Of a stretch of 64,000 nucleotides of DNA, positions 54,985 to 63,482 are shown piece after piece (position 1 is the stretch's first letter; each line of letters starts with the position of its first letter). The stretch comes from a virus, in the IMG/VR virus record IMGVR_UViG_3300025728_000371, positions 3,560 through 67,559 of that record. The stretch is one strand, 5' to 3'. Made by a program: the position numbers and the translations under genes. Under the pieces are notes generated by a model. It saw nothing but the letters and a program-made list of their open reading frames with translations, had not been told where the DNA came from and searched no databases.

Positions 54985-56028
54985 ATGAACGATATCGACA
55001 ACGCCGTCGTCCTGTTGGTCGACGGTCTGAGCTACGAAGGCTGGAAGGCCATCGAGATCAGTGCCGATCTCGAGCGCCAGTTCCGCACCTTCAAGCTGGG
55101 CATCACCTGGCAATGGCCGGGGCAGACCCTGGCCGTGCCGATCAAGGCCGGCGCCCGTTGCCAGGTGCTGATCGGCTGCGATCTGGTGCTCACCGGACAT
55201 GTCTACCAGGCGCCCATCAGCTATGACGGCAAGCAGATCAGCCTGACCATCGAGGGCAGTTCGCTGACCCGCGACCTGGTCGATTGCGCGGCGATCAACC
55301 AGCCGAGCCAATGGCGTCAGCAGGGCCTGCTGACGATCGTCGAGGCACTCGCCAAACCCTACCAGGTCAACGTGCGCAGCGAGATCGCGCAAACCACCAA
55401 GCTGCAGACCCACAGCATCGTGCCAGGGGAGACGGTGTTCAAGTCCATTGACCGTTTGCTGACCTTGTACCGGGTGTTCTCCACCGATGATGCGAACGGC
55501 AACCTGGTGCTGGCCAAACCCGGCAGTGCCGGGCGCGCCAGCGATGTGCTCGAGTTGGGCAAGAACATCCTCTCGGCCAGCACCGCGCGGGACTATAGCG
55601 CGGTGTTCTCCGAGTACCGGGTGATCGGCCAGCACAAGGGCAGCGACCAGAAAAGCGGTAGCGCGGTGAGCGAAGTCAGCGGCGTGTCCAGTGAGGCCAA
55701 CCCGCTGCGCAAGCGGGTCACGGTGATCAGCGAAAGTGTCCAACTCACCTCGGAACTGGCCCAGCAACGGGCCGACTGGGAACGGGCGACCCGCGTCGGC
55801 AAGGCCCTGGCTACTACCTACAGCGTACAGGGCTGGCGACAGTCCAACGGTGACCTGTGGCGGCACAACCTGTTGGTGCGGGTGAAGGACCCGGTGCTGG
55901 ACGTGGACCAGGACATGCTGATTTCGAAGATCACCTACTCGCTGTCTGCACAGGGTTCGATCACCACCCTGGAAGTGGCGCCGCCGGAGGTCTTCGAGGC
56001 CACGCCGACGAAGGCCAGGACCAGGTAA
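54985..56028 (+). CDS. Baseplate hub (gpP-like), tailocin 2
   Basis: Paralogue of 27249..28364. Confidence 0.9.
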   Translation: MNDIDNAVVLLVDGLSYEGWKAIEISADLERQFRTFKLGITWQWPGQTLAVPIKAGARCQVLIGCDLVLTGHVYQAPISYDGKQISLTIEGSSLTRDLVDCAAINQPSQWRQQGLLTIVEALAKPYQVNVRSEIAQTTKLQTHSIVPGETVFKSIDRLLTLYRVFSTDDANGNLVLAKPGSAGRASDVLELGKNILSASTARDYSAVFSEYRVIGQHKGSDQKSGSAVSEVSGVSSEANPLRKRVTVISESVQLTSELAQQRADWERATRVGKALATTYSVQGWRQSNGDLWRHNLLVRVKDPVLDVDQDMLISKITYSLSAQGSITTLEVAPPEVFEATPTKARTR

Positions 56029-56056
56029 CCACGTCATCTGCGATGCCGGTTCTGCC

Positions 56057-56156
56057 GCTATCGCCAGCAAGCCGGCTCCCACAACAGGGGGCGAGGCCGA
56101 GCCTGGTTTTTGTGTGCTGCCGCGCACCTTGTGGGAGCCGGCTTGCTGGCGATAGC
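56057..56156. repeat. Inverted REP pair (REPIN-like)
   Basis: 28-bp perfect inverted repeat gctatcgccagcaagccggctcccacaa / ttgtgggagccggcttgctggcgatagc, Pseudomonas GTGGGAGC REP type. Confidence 0.88.
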
Positions 56157-56210
56157 CATCTTCCAAACATCCAAGATTTCCTGACACACCGCTCGCCCAA
56201 GGAACCCCTC

Positions 56211-56720
56211 ATGAGCCTACTGACCCGCCTGCTGGCGCGCGGCACCGTCGTGCTTGCCAACTCGGCCAACAAACTGCAATCGCTGCAAATGCGCCTGACC
56301 GCCGGTGAAGTGAACGACGACATGGAGCACTTCGAACCCTACGGTTTCACCAGCAACCCGCTGGCCGGCGCCGAAGGCATCGCGACTTTCCTCGGTGGTG
56401 ACCGTTCCCACGGCATCGTGCTGGTGGTCGCCGACCGCCGCTACCGCCTGCAGAACCTCGCCCCCGGCGAAATCGCCCTCTACACCGACGAAGGCGACCG
56501 GATCCACTTCAAGCGCGGCCGGATCATCGAAATCGAGACCGGCACCCTGAACATCCGCGCCAGTACCGCGATCAACCTCGACAGCCCGACCCTGACCCAG
56601 ACCGGCAAGATCGTCTCCCAGGGCGATCAGGTCGCCGGCGGTATCAGCCAGATGCAGCACGTGCACGGCGGCATCCAGCCAGGCGGTGGCCAGACTGGCG
56701 TACCGGCGGGAGGTGCCTGA
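56211..56720 (+). CDS. Baseplate spike (gp45-like), tailocin 2
   Basis: Paralogue of 28361..28870. Confidence 0.9.
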   Translation: MSLLTRLLARGTVVLANSANKLQSLQMRLTAGEVNDDMEHFEPYGFTSNPLAGAEGIATFLGGDRSHGIVLVVADRRYRLQNLAPGEIALYTDEGDRIHFKRGRIIEIETGTLNIRASTAINLDSPTLTQTGKIVSQGDQVAGGISQMQHVHGGIQPGGGQTGVPAGGA

Positions 56721-57118
56721 TGTTCGTTTCCAACAACCTCAAGGCGGCGCTGACCCGTTCGGTGCTGATCAGCCTGTTCACCTGGCGTCGCGCCAACAGC
56801 GACGACCCGATTGACGACGATGAGCGTTACGGCTGGTGGGGCGACAGTTTCCCCATGGTCGCCAACGACCGTATCGGCTCGCGGCTGTGGCTGCTGCGAC
56901 GGGTCAAGCTGACCGCGCAGACCCAGCTCGATGCCGAATTCTATGCCCGTGAAGCCTTGCAATGGCTGATCGACGACGGCCATTGCAGCGCCATCGAGAT
57001 TCAAACCGAACGGCTCGACGCCCAGCGGCTGAACCTGCGAACGGTTCTGACCCTGGCCGGCGGCGAGCGCCTGGATATCAACCCGAACCACAGTTGGCAG
57101 GTGACTTATGCCGTTTGA
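56720..57118 (+). CDS. gp46-like baseplate protein
   Basis: Paralogue of 28867..29262. Confidence 0.9.
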   Translation: MFVSNNLKAALTRSVLISLFTWRRANSDDPIDDDERYGWWGDSFPMVANDRIGSRLWLLRRVKLTAQTQLDAEFYAREALQWLIDDGHCSAIEIQTERLDAQRLNLRTVLTLAGGERLDINPNHSWQVTYAV

Positions 57119-58148
57119 AACCCCTTCGCTGCCGGTGCTGATCAACCGCACCCAAAGCGACCTGGCCAGCGATGCGCTGCGCCAGTCCGATGCCCAGGTC
57201 CTGGCCCGCACCCTCAGCGGCGCGGCCTTTGGCCTGTATGGATACCTCGACTGGATTGCCGAGCAGATCCTGCCCGACACCGCCGATGAATCCACCCTGG
57301 AGCGCATCGCCGCACTGCGTCTGCACCAACCGCGCAAGGCCGCCCAGGCGGCCACCGGCAGCGTGAGTTTTACCGCTGCCGCCGGTGCGGTGCTGGACGT
57401 CGACACCCTGCTGCAGAGCAATGACGGCCGCAGCTACAAGGTGACCCAGGGAGGCACCACCAGCGCGGGTAGCAATACCGCGCAGATCCAGGCGCTGGAT
57501 GCCGGCAGCCTGGGCAATGCCGATGCTGGCCTGACGCTGTTTCCGATCCAGCCGGTGCAGGGCATCGGTAACACCTTCACGGTGCTCGCCCCCGGGTTGA
57601 GCGGTGGCGTGGCGGCGGAAAGTCTCGAGTCCCTGCGTTCCCGGGTCATCCGCTCGTACCGCGTCACGCCCCATGGCGGTTCGGCGGCCGACTACGAAAC
57701 CTGGGCGCTGGAGTGTCCGGGCATCACCCGGGCCTGGTGTCGCGGCAATTACCTCGGGCCAGGCACCGTCGGCCTGTTCGTCATGCGTGACGACGATCTG
57801 GTGCCGATCCCTGATGCGACTCAACTGGCCCTGGTCCAGGCCTATATCGAGCCGCTGCGCCCAGTGACTGCCGAGCTGCATGTACTGGCGCCGGTACAGG
57901 TGCCGGTGACCTACACCCTGCGCCTGGTGCCGGACACCTCGGCCACCCGTGCCGCTGTCGAAGCGCAACTGCGCGACTTGCACAAGCGTGAGGGCGGCCT
58001 CGGCGAGACCTTGCTGCTGACCCATATCGCCGAGTCCATCAGCAGTGCCACGGGCGAGAACGACCACTTGCTGGTCACCCCGTCCGCCGATGTGCCAGCA
58101 ACCACCAACCAGTTGCTGACCTTCGGAGGCTGCGTATGGCTGGAATAA
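57108..58148 (+). CDS. Baseplate J/gp47 protein
   Basis: Paralogue of 29252..30292, same length (346 aa). Confidence 0.9.
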   Translation: MPFETPSLPVLINRTQSDLASDALRQSDAQVLARTLSGAAFGLYGYLDWIAEQILPDTADESTLERIAALRLHQPRKAAQAATGSVSFTAAAGAVLDVDTLLQSNDGRSYKVTQGGTTSAGSNTAQIQALDAGSLGNADAGLTLFPIQPVQGIGNTFTVLAPGLSGGVAAESLESLRSRVIRSYRVTPHGGSAADYETWALECPGITRAWCRGNYLGPGTVGLFVMRDDDLVPIPDATQLALVQAYIEPLRPVTAELHVLAPVQVPVTYTLRLVPDTSATRAAVEAQLRDLHKREGGLGETLLLTHIAESISSATGENDHLLVTPSADVPATTNQLLTFGGCVWLE

Positions 58149-58735
58149 GAACTGCCGCGCAATACCAGGAGCAACTGCGCAGCCTGCTGCCGGCTGGTCC
58201 CGCCTGGGACCCGGAGCTGGTTCCGGAGATCCAGCAGGTGCTGCTGGGGATTGCCCAGGAACTGGCCCGGGTCGATGCCCGGGCGGTGGACCTGCTCAAC
58301 GAAGTGGACCCGGTGACCGTCAGCGAACTGGTGCCGGACTGGGAGCGGGTGATGAACCTGCCCGACCCGTGCCTGGGGCCCAAGCCGCTGTTCGACGACC
58401 GCCGCCTGGCGGTACGTCGGCGCCTGCTGGCGGTGGGCGACCAGAGCATCGGCTACTTCCTGGATATCGCCCGCAGCCAGGGTTATCCCAACGCCACCAT
58501 TACCGAGCAGCAGACCCCCCGTATGGGCCGCGCCCGCTTTGGCCAGGCGCGCTTCGGTACCTGGACGGCGCAGTTCATGTGGACGCTCAACACCGGCGGC
58601 CGCCTGCTGCTGGGCCGTCGTTTCGGCGCCAGCTACTGGGGCGAGCGCTTCGGCGCCAACCCGGGCAGCGCCCTGGAATGCCTGATTCACCGCACAGCCC
58701 CGGCGCACACGCTGGTGCACATCAATTACGACTGA
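58136..58735 (+). CDS. YmfQ/gp48-like protein
   Basis: Paralogue of 30280..30888. Confidence 0.88.
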   Translation: MAGIRTAAQYQEQLRSLLPAGPAWDPELVPEIQQVLLGIAQELARVDARAVDLLNEVDPVTVSELVPDWERVMNLPDPCLGPKPLFDDRRLAVRRRLLAVGDQSIGYFLDIARSQGYPNATITEQQTPRMGRARFGQARFGTWTAQFMWTLNTGGRLLLGRRFGASYWGERFGANPGSALECLIHRTAPAHTLVHINYD

Positions 58736-58748
58736 AGAGGACGGATAC

Positions 58749-60305
58749 GTGGATTATCCAAAAAGCACGCCCAGCATTGGGTTGGTCAATGGCAAGTTTG
58801 TTGATGAAAACCCGGTGAGTGGTTCGCCTGGCTCGCTGATTCCGGCGGTGTGGGGGAATGCGGTCACCGAGGAATTGCTCAATGTGGTTCAGGCTGGCGG
58901 GCTGGAGCCGGTGGAGGCGGAGCACGATCAGTTGCTCAAGGCCATCAGGACCATCATCCAGAGTTCGTTGCCGCCGGAGCAGATTCGCACGACGCTGGCG
59001 GCGTATGGGATTACCGATGCGTATACCAAGGCGGAGGTCGAGGCGCTGTTCAAGAACGCCACTGCGTTGCCGGTCGGGGCGATGATGGCGTTTCCCAAGG
59101 GGACTGTGCCGGCAGGGTTCTTGGAGGTCGATGGCAGTGTGCAGAGCATTGCGACCTATCCGGATCTGGCGGCGTATCTGGGTACGACGTTCAACAAGGG
59201 GGATGAGGGGGCAGGGAATTTCCGTTTGCCTGAGTCGCGCGGGGAGTTTCTGCGTGGGTGGGATCACGGGCGGGGAGTTGATACTGGGCGAGACATCGGT
59301 ACTTTTCAGTCCGATGCATTCAAGAGCCATACCCACGAATATGACAATATGCAGGGGGGCGGAGCTCGTAATAGTGTCTCGGATACTGTAGCCGCAGCTA
59401 GCAACGCTACTACCGAAACAGGCCATATCACCAGCGCCGCTGGCGGTACTGAAACACGCCCCCGTAACTTGTCGGTAATGTGGTGCATTAAAGCCTGGAA
59501 TGCCCCGGTCAGTCAGGGGAGTATCGATGTCGCTGCGTTGGCAGCCGATGTCCAAACGATACAGAAAATCGCTGTTGTTGGAGCATTCAAGCGCCTGACA
59601 GCCTCAGCCAATGGTTTGAGCTCTGTCGTTAATGTCGCTGCTGATCAATTGGTGGTTGGTAATGATGCCTCGTTTAGGATGGTGAATGGGGTAAATCTCA
59701 GTGTCAATGCTACTGCCATGGGGGCAAATGGGCTGGATACAGGAACGTTGACTGCTTCAACCTGGTATAGCGTATGGGTTATCTGGGGCGAACAAGGTGT
59801 TGCAGGCTTATTGTCCTTGAGTGCTAATAGTCCCGTACTTCCGGTAGGCTTCACGCATAAGGCACGTGTCACTTGGGCGAGAACAGATTCCACGGCAAAT
59901 AAATTTCTGCTCTCATTTGTTCAGGCTGGTAATAGCGTTCAGTACAAAGTCTCTTCTGGTTCCAATGTTCCAAACTTGCCGGTAATGGCTTCTGGCACTG
60001 TGAGCCCGGCAGCAGACGTTTCTGTATCTGCCTTTGTGCCGCCCACTGCTAGTAAGATTGCATTGGCAGCGGGCTCTACTGGGAGCTATATCTCTTTTGC
60101 ACCAAGTAGTGCGTATTCTGCGCAGGTTACGACTTACCTGAGTACCACTGCTTTAAATGCAGCCCCGTTTGTTGGTGGTTATAACCCTTCGTCACCTGTT
60201 CCCACGGCAAATGGATTGATTCTACTGGAAGGTAACACCGTGCGTTTTGGTTCCAGCGGTGGGACCGGAGTTTTGCAATGTTTGGGTTGGGAGGACAGCC
60301 TGTGA
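58749..60305 (+). CDS. Tail fibre 1 of tailocin 2 (tail-collar domain)
   Basis: MDYPKS anchor; collar motifs LPVG..., FRLP.SRGEFLRGWD.GRGVD, ETRPRN. Confidence 0.9.
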   Translation: MDYPKSTPSIGLVNGKFVDENPVSGSPGSLIPAVWGNAVTEELLNVVQAGGLEPVEAEHDQLLKAIRTIIQSSLPPEQIRTTLAAYGITDAYTKAEVEALFKNATALPVGAMMAFPKGTVPAGFLEVDGSVQSIATYPDLAAYLGTTFNKGDEGAGNFRLPESRGEFLRGWDHGRGVDTGRDIGTFQSDAFKSHTHEYDNMQGGGARNSVSDTVAAASNATTETGHITSAAGGTETRPRNLSVMWCIKAWNAPVSQGSIDVAALAADVQTIQKIAVVGAFKRLTASANGLSSVVNVAADQLVVGNDASFRMVNGVNLSVNATAMGANGLDTGTLTASTWYSVWVIWGEQGVAGLLSLSANSPVLPVGFTHKARVTWARTDSTANKFLLSFVQAGNSVQYKVSSGSNVPNLPVMASGTVSPAADVSVSAFVPPTASKIALAAGSTGSYISFAPSSAYSAQVTTYLSTTALNAAPFVGGYNPSSPVPTANGLILLEGNTVRFGSSGGTGVLQCLGWEDSL

Positions 60306-60649
60306 GTGGTTATGCAGTGAGAAATGATGGTCAGGGCTGGCGCTCTGTGAATAGTCCGGAAGATGTGTCTCCATATGAGTGGTATGCAAAGGAAAATCCG
60401 CCTGACCCGGTTCCGCTTCCTCCCAGCCGAGAGGAGTTGATCGAGCAGACCAATGCAAGAAGAGACAGCCTCCTGGCAGCCGCAGCCAACCGTATGGGGC
60501 CTTTACAGGATGCTGTGGAGTTTGATGAGGCGACCCCTGATGAGGTTTCGCTGCTAAAAGCCTGGAAGCAGTATCGTGTTGTATTGAATCGCGTAGAACA
60601 ACAAACAGGTTTTCCTGTCGACGTGACTTGGCCAGAACTCCCGAAGTGA
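60302..60649 (+). CDS. Tail fibre assembly chaperone
   Basis: PLQDAV....[17 protein letters not shown]. Confidence 0.88.
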   Translation: MSGYAVRNDGQGWRSVNSPEDVSPYEWYAKENPPDPVPLPPSREELIEQTNARRDSLLAAAANRMGPLQDAVEFDEATPDEVSLLKAWKQYRVVLNRVEQQTGFPVDVTWPELPK

Positions 60650-60935
60650 TTCGAAAGAGATAAAACTAATAATACTGGTTCGCTATCTGACGGGTAGTGT
60701 TGAATTTTCCTTCTTGAGGGAGTCGACGTGCCTGTCTGTGCTTGGTTTTTTATCTCTATCGTAGTGGCGATGTAGTGGATTTTAAATTCTATCTTACGTT
60801 CTTCTGGAGCTGAGGAGGGTTCGTTTTGGCTTGTGAAAAGTTTGGCTCAAAAAAAATTGGGCAGAGATGCCCTGAACAACGCGCCTCGTTTGTTAAGTGG
60901 AAGGTGCATATCAATGATGGTTAGAGGAAATGTAA

Positions 60936-61676
60936 ATGGATTATCCGAAAAGTGTACCCGGTGTCGGGCTGGTAAATGGAAAGTTTGTCGATGAGAATCC
61001 CCTGACTGGGGCTCCAGGGTCATTGGTTCCCGCCGCGTGGGGAAATGGAGTTACTGAAGAAATTGTCAACGTCATAAAGTCTGCCGGTCTCGAACCTGAT
61101 GAGGCTAAAACCGATCAGTTGGTAAGAGCGATTCGTAGTCTGGGATCACAGGACTTCAAAAACTCGGTACGAGCAGCCTCCACTACTGCGATGAGTTTGA
61201 GCGGGACGCAGCCAGTGGATAACGTTGCAATTGTGGTTGGGGACCGGGTTTTAGTGAAAAACCAGGCATTGGCAGCACAGAATGGGATTTTTATCGTGCA
61301 GGCGGGGACGTGGATCCGTTCTGGTGATTTCGCGTCCAATACCGACGTCACGACCAATGCGATTGTTGCAGTCGATGAGGGTAGCATTAACGGCTCCTCG
61401 ATTTGGCAACTGGTAACAACGGCTCCAATCGATATTGGTGTAACTCCTCTGCGCTTTGAGCTAGCTGTCGGCCCAACGGGAGTGGTTGAAGGGACGTATC
61501 GTTCTGTCACGGTGGATAAAAGAGGACGAGTTCAGGGAGGCAGTAACCCGACTACGCTCCAAGGGTATGGCATTACCGATGCCATGGGGAGTGATCGCTT
61601 TGTGTACTCTCCCAACGCCCCACTCCCTGCAGATGGTGCCGTGGGCACTTTGTGGCTGCAGTATGAGGCACCATGA
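60936..61676 (+). CDS. Tail fibre 2 stalk (short) of tailocin 2
   Basis: MDYPKSVPGVGLVNGKFVDENP anchor; GDRVLVKNQ....QNGI; ends G.LWLQYE. Confidence 0.85.
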   Translation: MDYPKSVPGVGLVNGKFVDENPLTGAPGSLVPAAWGNGVTEEIVNVIKSAGLEPDEAKTDQLVRAIRSLGSQDFKNSVRAASTTAMSLSGTQPVDNVAIVVGDRVLVKNQALAAQNGIFIVQAGTWIRSGDFASNTDVTTNAIVAVDEGSINGSSIWQLVTTAPIDIGVTPLRFELAVGPTGVVEGTYRSVTVDKRGRVQGGSNPTTLQGYGITDAMGSDRFVYSPNAPLPADGAVGTLWLQYEAP

Positions 61677-62446
61677 TGAACTTCCATGTAAAGCTGGCTG
61701 ACGGATACCGCCCAGGTGTTTTGCCTCAGGTGAAAATACCTGATGGTTGGCGGGAAGGGCTGGAAATGTTCGTCAAAACTCCAGATGGCTGGCGCACGGT
61801 TTGGCGTCGAACCATCATATTCATCAATACTGTAGAACGCTCTGGTGCTAGCGTTTTTGAACTCATGGGGAGGCCGACCAAGGCCCGTAATTACATTTTC
61901 ATCAACCGGGCAACTATCTCGGGAGGCGGGGCAGGATTCTCTCTGCGTACTGGTGTTTTTCCGGCAGGCTCCACGCTGAAAATAGTCAATGAAAGTTACA
62001 TTCGAGGCGCCGGTGGTGCGGGCGGTTATCCAAATCTGGGCGCTCCTGGCGCCACTGCGATGTGGCTGGATTTTCCTGTGAGTCTCGATAACCGCAACGG
62101 TTGCATTTTCGGCGGTGGCGGTGGTGGCGGTTTCATCTACTGGCCCAACACTCTGTACTCCGGCGGCGGCGGTGGAGCGGGCCTTCCTGGTGGCATGCGA
62201 GGTGGCATGTATCAGGTTTCTACTTACGGAGTCGTCTATCCGACCGCTGGCGGCCTGGAAACTGGCGGTGCAGGTGGGTACTACTCGGTGGGGTGGAATG
62301 GTCCTGCGGGAGGGGCGCCAGGTGCTCCAGGTGGTAATTCCACCTATGCAGGCGGCGCAGGCGGTAACTCAATTGATAAAAAGGGTAACAGCCTGACTTT
62401 TGAGGCAGGCAATTCCGCAGATCGACTAAAAGGAAACGTAGTGTGA
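61673..62446 (+). CDS. Glycine-rich fibre-tip adhesin (T-even gp38-like)
   Basis: IRGAGGAGG, NGCIFGGGGGGG, GGGGGAG, AGG...GGAG, GG..GA.G, GGAGG.SI motif series. Confidence 0.7.
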   Translation: MMNFHVKLADGYRPGVLPQVKIPDGWREGLEMFVKTPDGWRTVWRRTIIFINTVERSGASVFELMGRPTKARNYIFINRATISGGGAGFSLRTGVFPAGSTLKIVNESYIRGAGGAGGYPNLGAPGATAMWLDFPVSLDNRNGCIFGGGGGGGFIYWPNTLYSGGGGGAGLPGGMRGGMYQVSTYGVVYPTAGGLETGGAGGYYSVGWNGPAGGAPGAPGGNSTYAGGAGGNSIDKKGNSLTFEAGNSADRLKGNVV

Positions 62447-62883
62447 GTGCATTTAAAGTTTTATCTATTTCAGAAAGTGCCGGAACGATGGTCGTTGACT
62501 GGGGGAATGTGACGTTGAATCACTATATCCCTCCGGCAATTCTGGCACATCCTGACATCGAGAATTCGGCGTTGGTTGAAATCATTGAGTCAATGCGTCC
62601 TGCGGTCCAACCTGCAGTTGAAGTGCCTGCGGCGCTACAAGCACTGGTTGAGTCGAAAGGTGATGTTGAGGATGAGCGTCTCTGGCGAGACCTAGAGTTG
62701 TTCAAGTGGATTGCCATCAGAGACCGTCATCGTGACCAGCTTGAACTCGGTGTTGTTACCACACTCACTCCAGCGCAGTATACAGATGCATTGGCTTATA
62801 TTCAGGAACTGCGTGAGTGGCCACAGTCTGCGGATTTTCCGATAAAGGAAAAGCGTCCGGTCATTCCTGCGTCTTTGGGCTGA
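62443..62883 (+). CDS. Tail fibre chaperone-like protein
   Basis: ER.WRD.EL...RDRHRDQ..LG..TTLT..QY....Y.Q.LR.WPQ..DFP....RP. Confidence 0.8.
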   Translation: MSAFKVLSISESAGTMVVDWGNVTLNHYIPPAILAHPDIENSALVEIIESMRPAVQPAVEVPAALQALVESKGDVEDERLWRDLELFKWIAIRDRHRDQLELGVVTTLTPAQYTDALAYIQELREWPQSADFPIKEKRPVIPASLG

Positions 62884-62918
62884 ATATCCATGCGTCTCAT
62901 AACTTCTGGGACTTGCCA

Positions 62919-63482
62919 ATGTTAATTTCCGAGCAACAACTATTACGCATCATGCCCAACGCCGGCCCCAAAGCCGGCGTTTTCGTACCCGCTCTCAACA
63001 CCGCCATGTCCCGGCACGACATCACCACCCCCAAGCGCATCGCCGCCTTTCTGGCCCAAGTGGGCCATGAGTCTGCGCAACTGCGCTACGTGCGTGAGCT
63101 GGGCAGTGACCAGTACCTGAGCAAGTACGATACGGGCACCCTGGCGATTCGCCTAGGCAACACCCCGGACGCCGACGGCGATGGCCAACGCTATCGCGGT
63201 CGCGGGCTGATCCAGATCACCGGTCGCAGCAACTATCGTCAATGCAGCCTTGCGCTGTTCGGCGACGAGTGTCTGTTGCAACAACCGGAGCTGCTGGAGC
63301 AGCCACAATGGGCCGCCGAATCGGCGGCCTGGTTCTGGGAACAGCAAGGGTTGAACGGGTTGGCCGATGCCGACCAGTTCAACAGCATCACCCGCAGGAT
63401 CAACGGCGGCCTGAACGGCCTCGATGACCGCCTGCAACTCTGGGCTCGGGCGAGGGCGGTGTTATGCGCCTCCTCGACCTGA
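62919..63482 (+). CDS. GH19 endolysin of tailocin locus
   Basis: AAFLAQVGHES, DGDG.RYRGRGLIQITGR.NY, TRRINGG.NGL.DR. Confidence 0.93.
   Translation: MLISEQQLLRIMPNAGPKAGVFVPALNTAMSRHDITTPKRIAAFLAQVGHESAQLRYVRELGSDQYLSKYDTGTLAIRLGNTPDADGDGQRYRGRGLIQITGRSNYRQCSLALFGDECLLQQPELLEQPQWAAESAAWFWEQQGLNGLADADQFNSITRRINGGLNGLDDRLQLWARARAVLCASST

Noticed and set aside
20832-58735. Assembly artefact duplicating the tail module
   Set aside because: Copies differ by many synonymous and amino-acid changes, indels and a REP insertion
30888-62883. Diversity-generating retroelement or invertase-driven fibre switching
   Set aside because: No reverse transcriptase, TR/VR pair, invertase or inverted fibre cassette seen; all fibres are co-oriented
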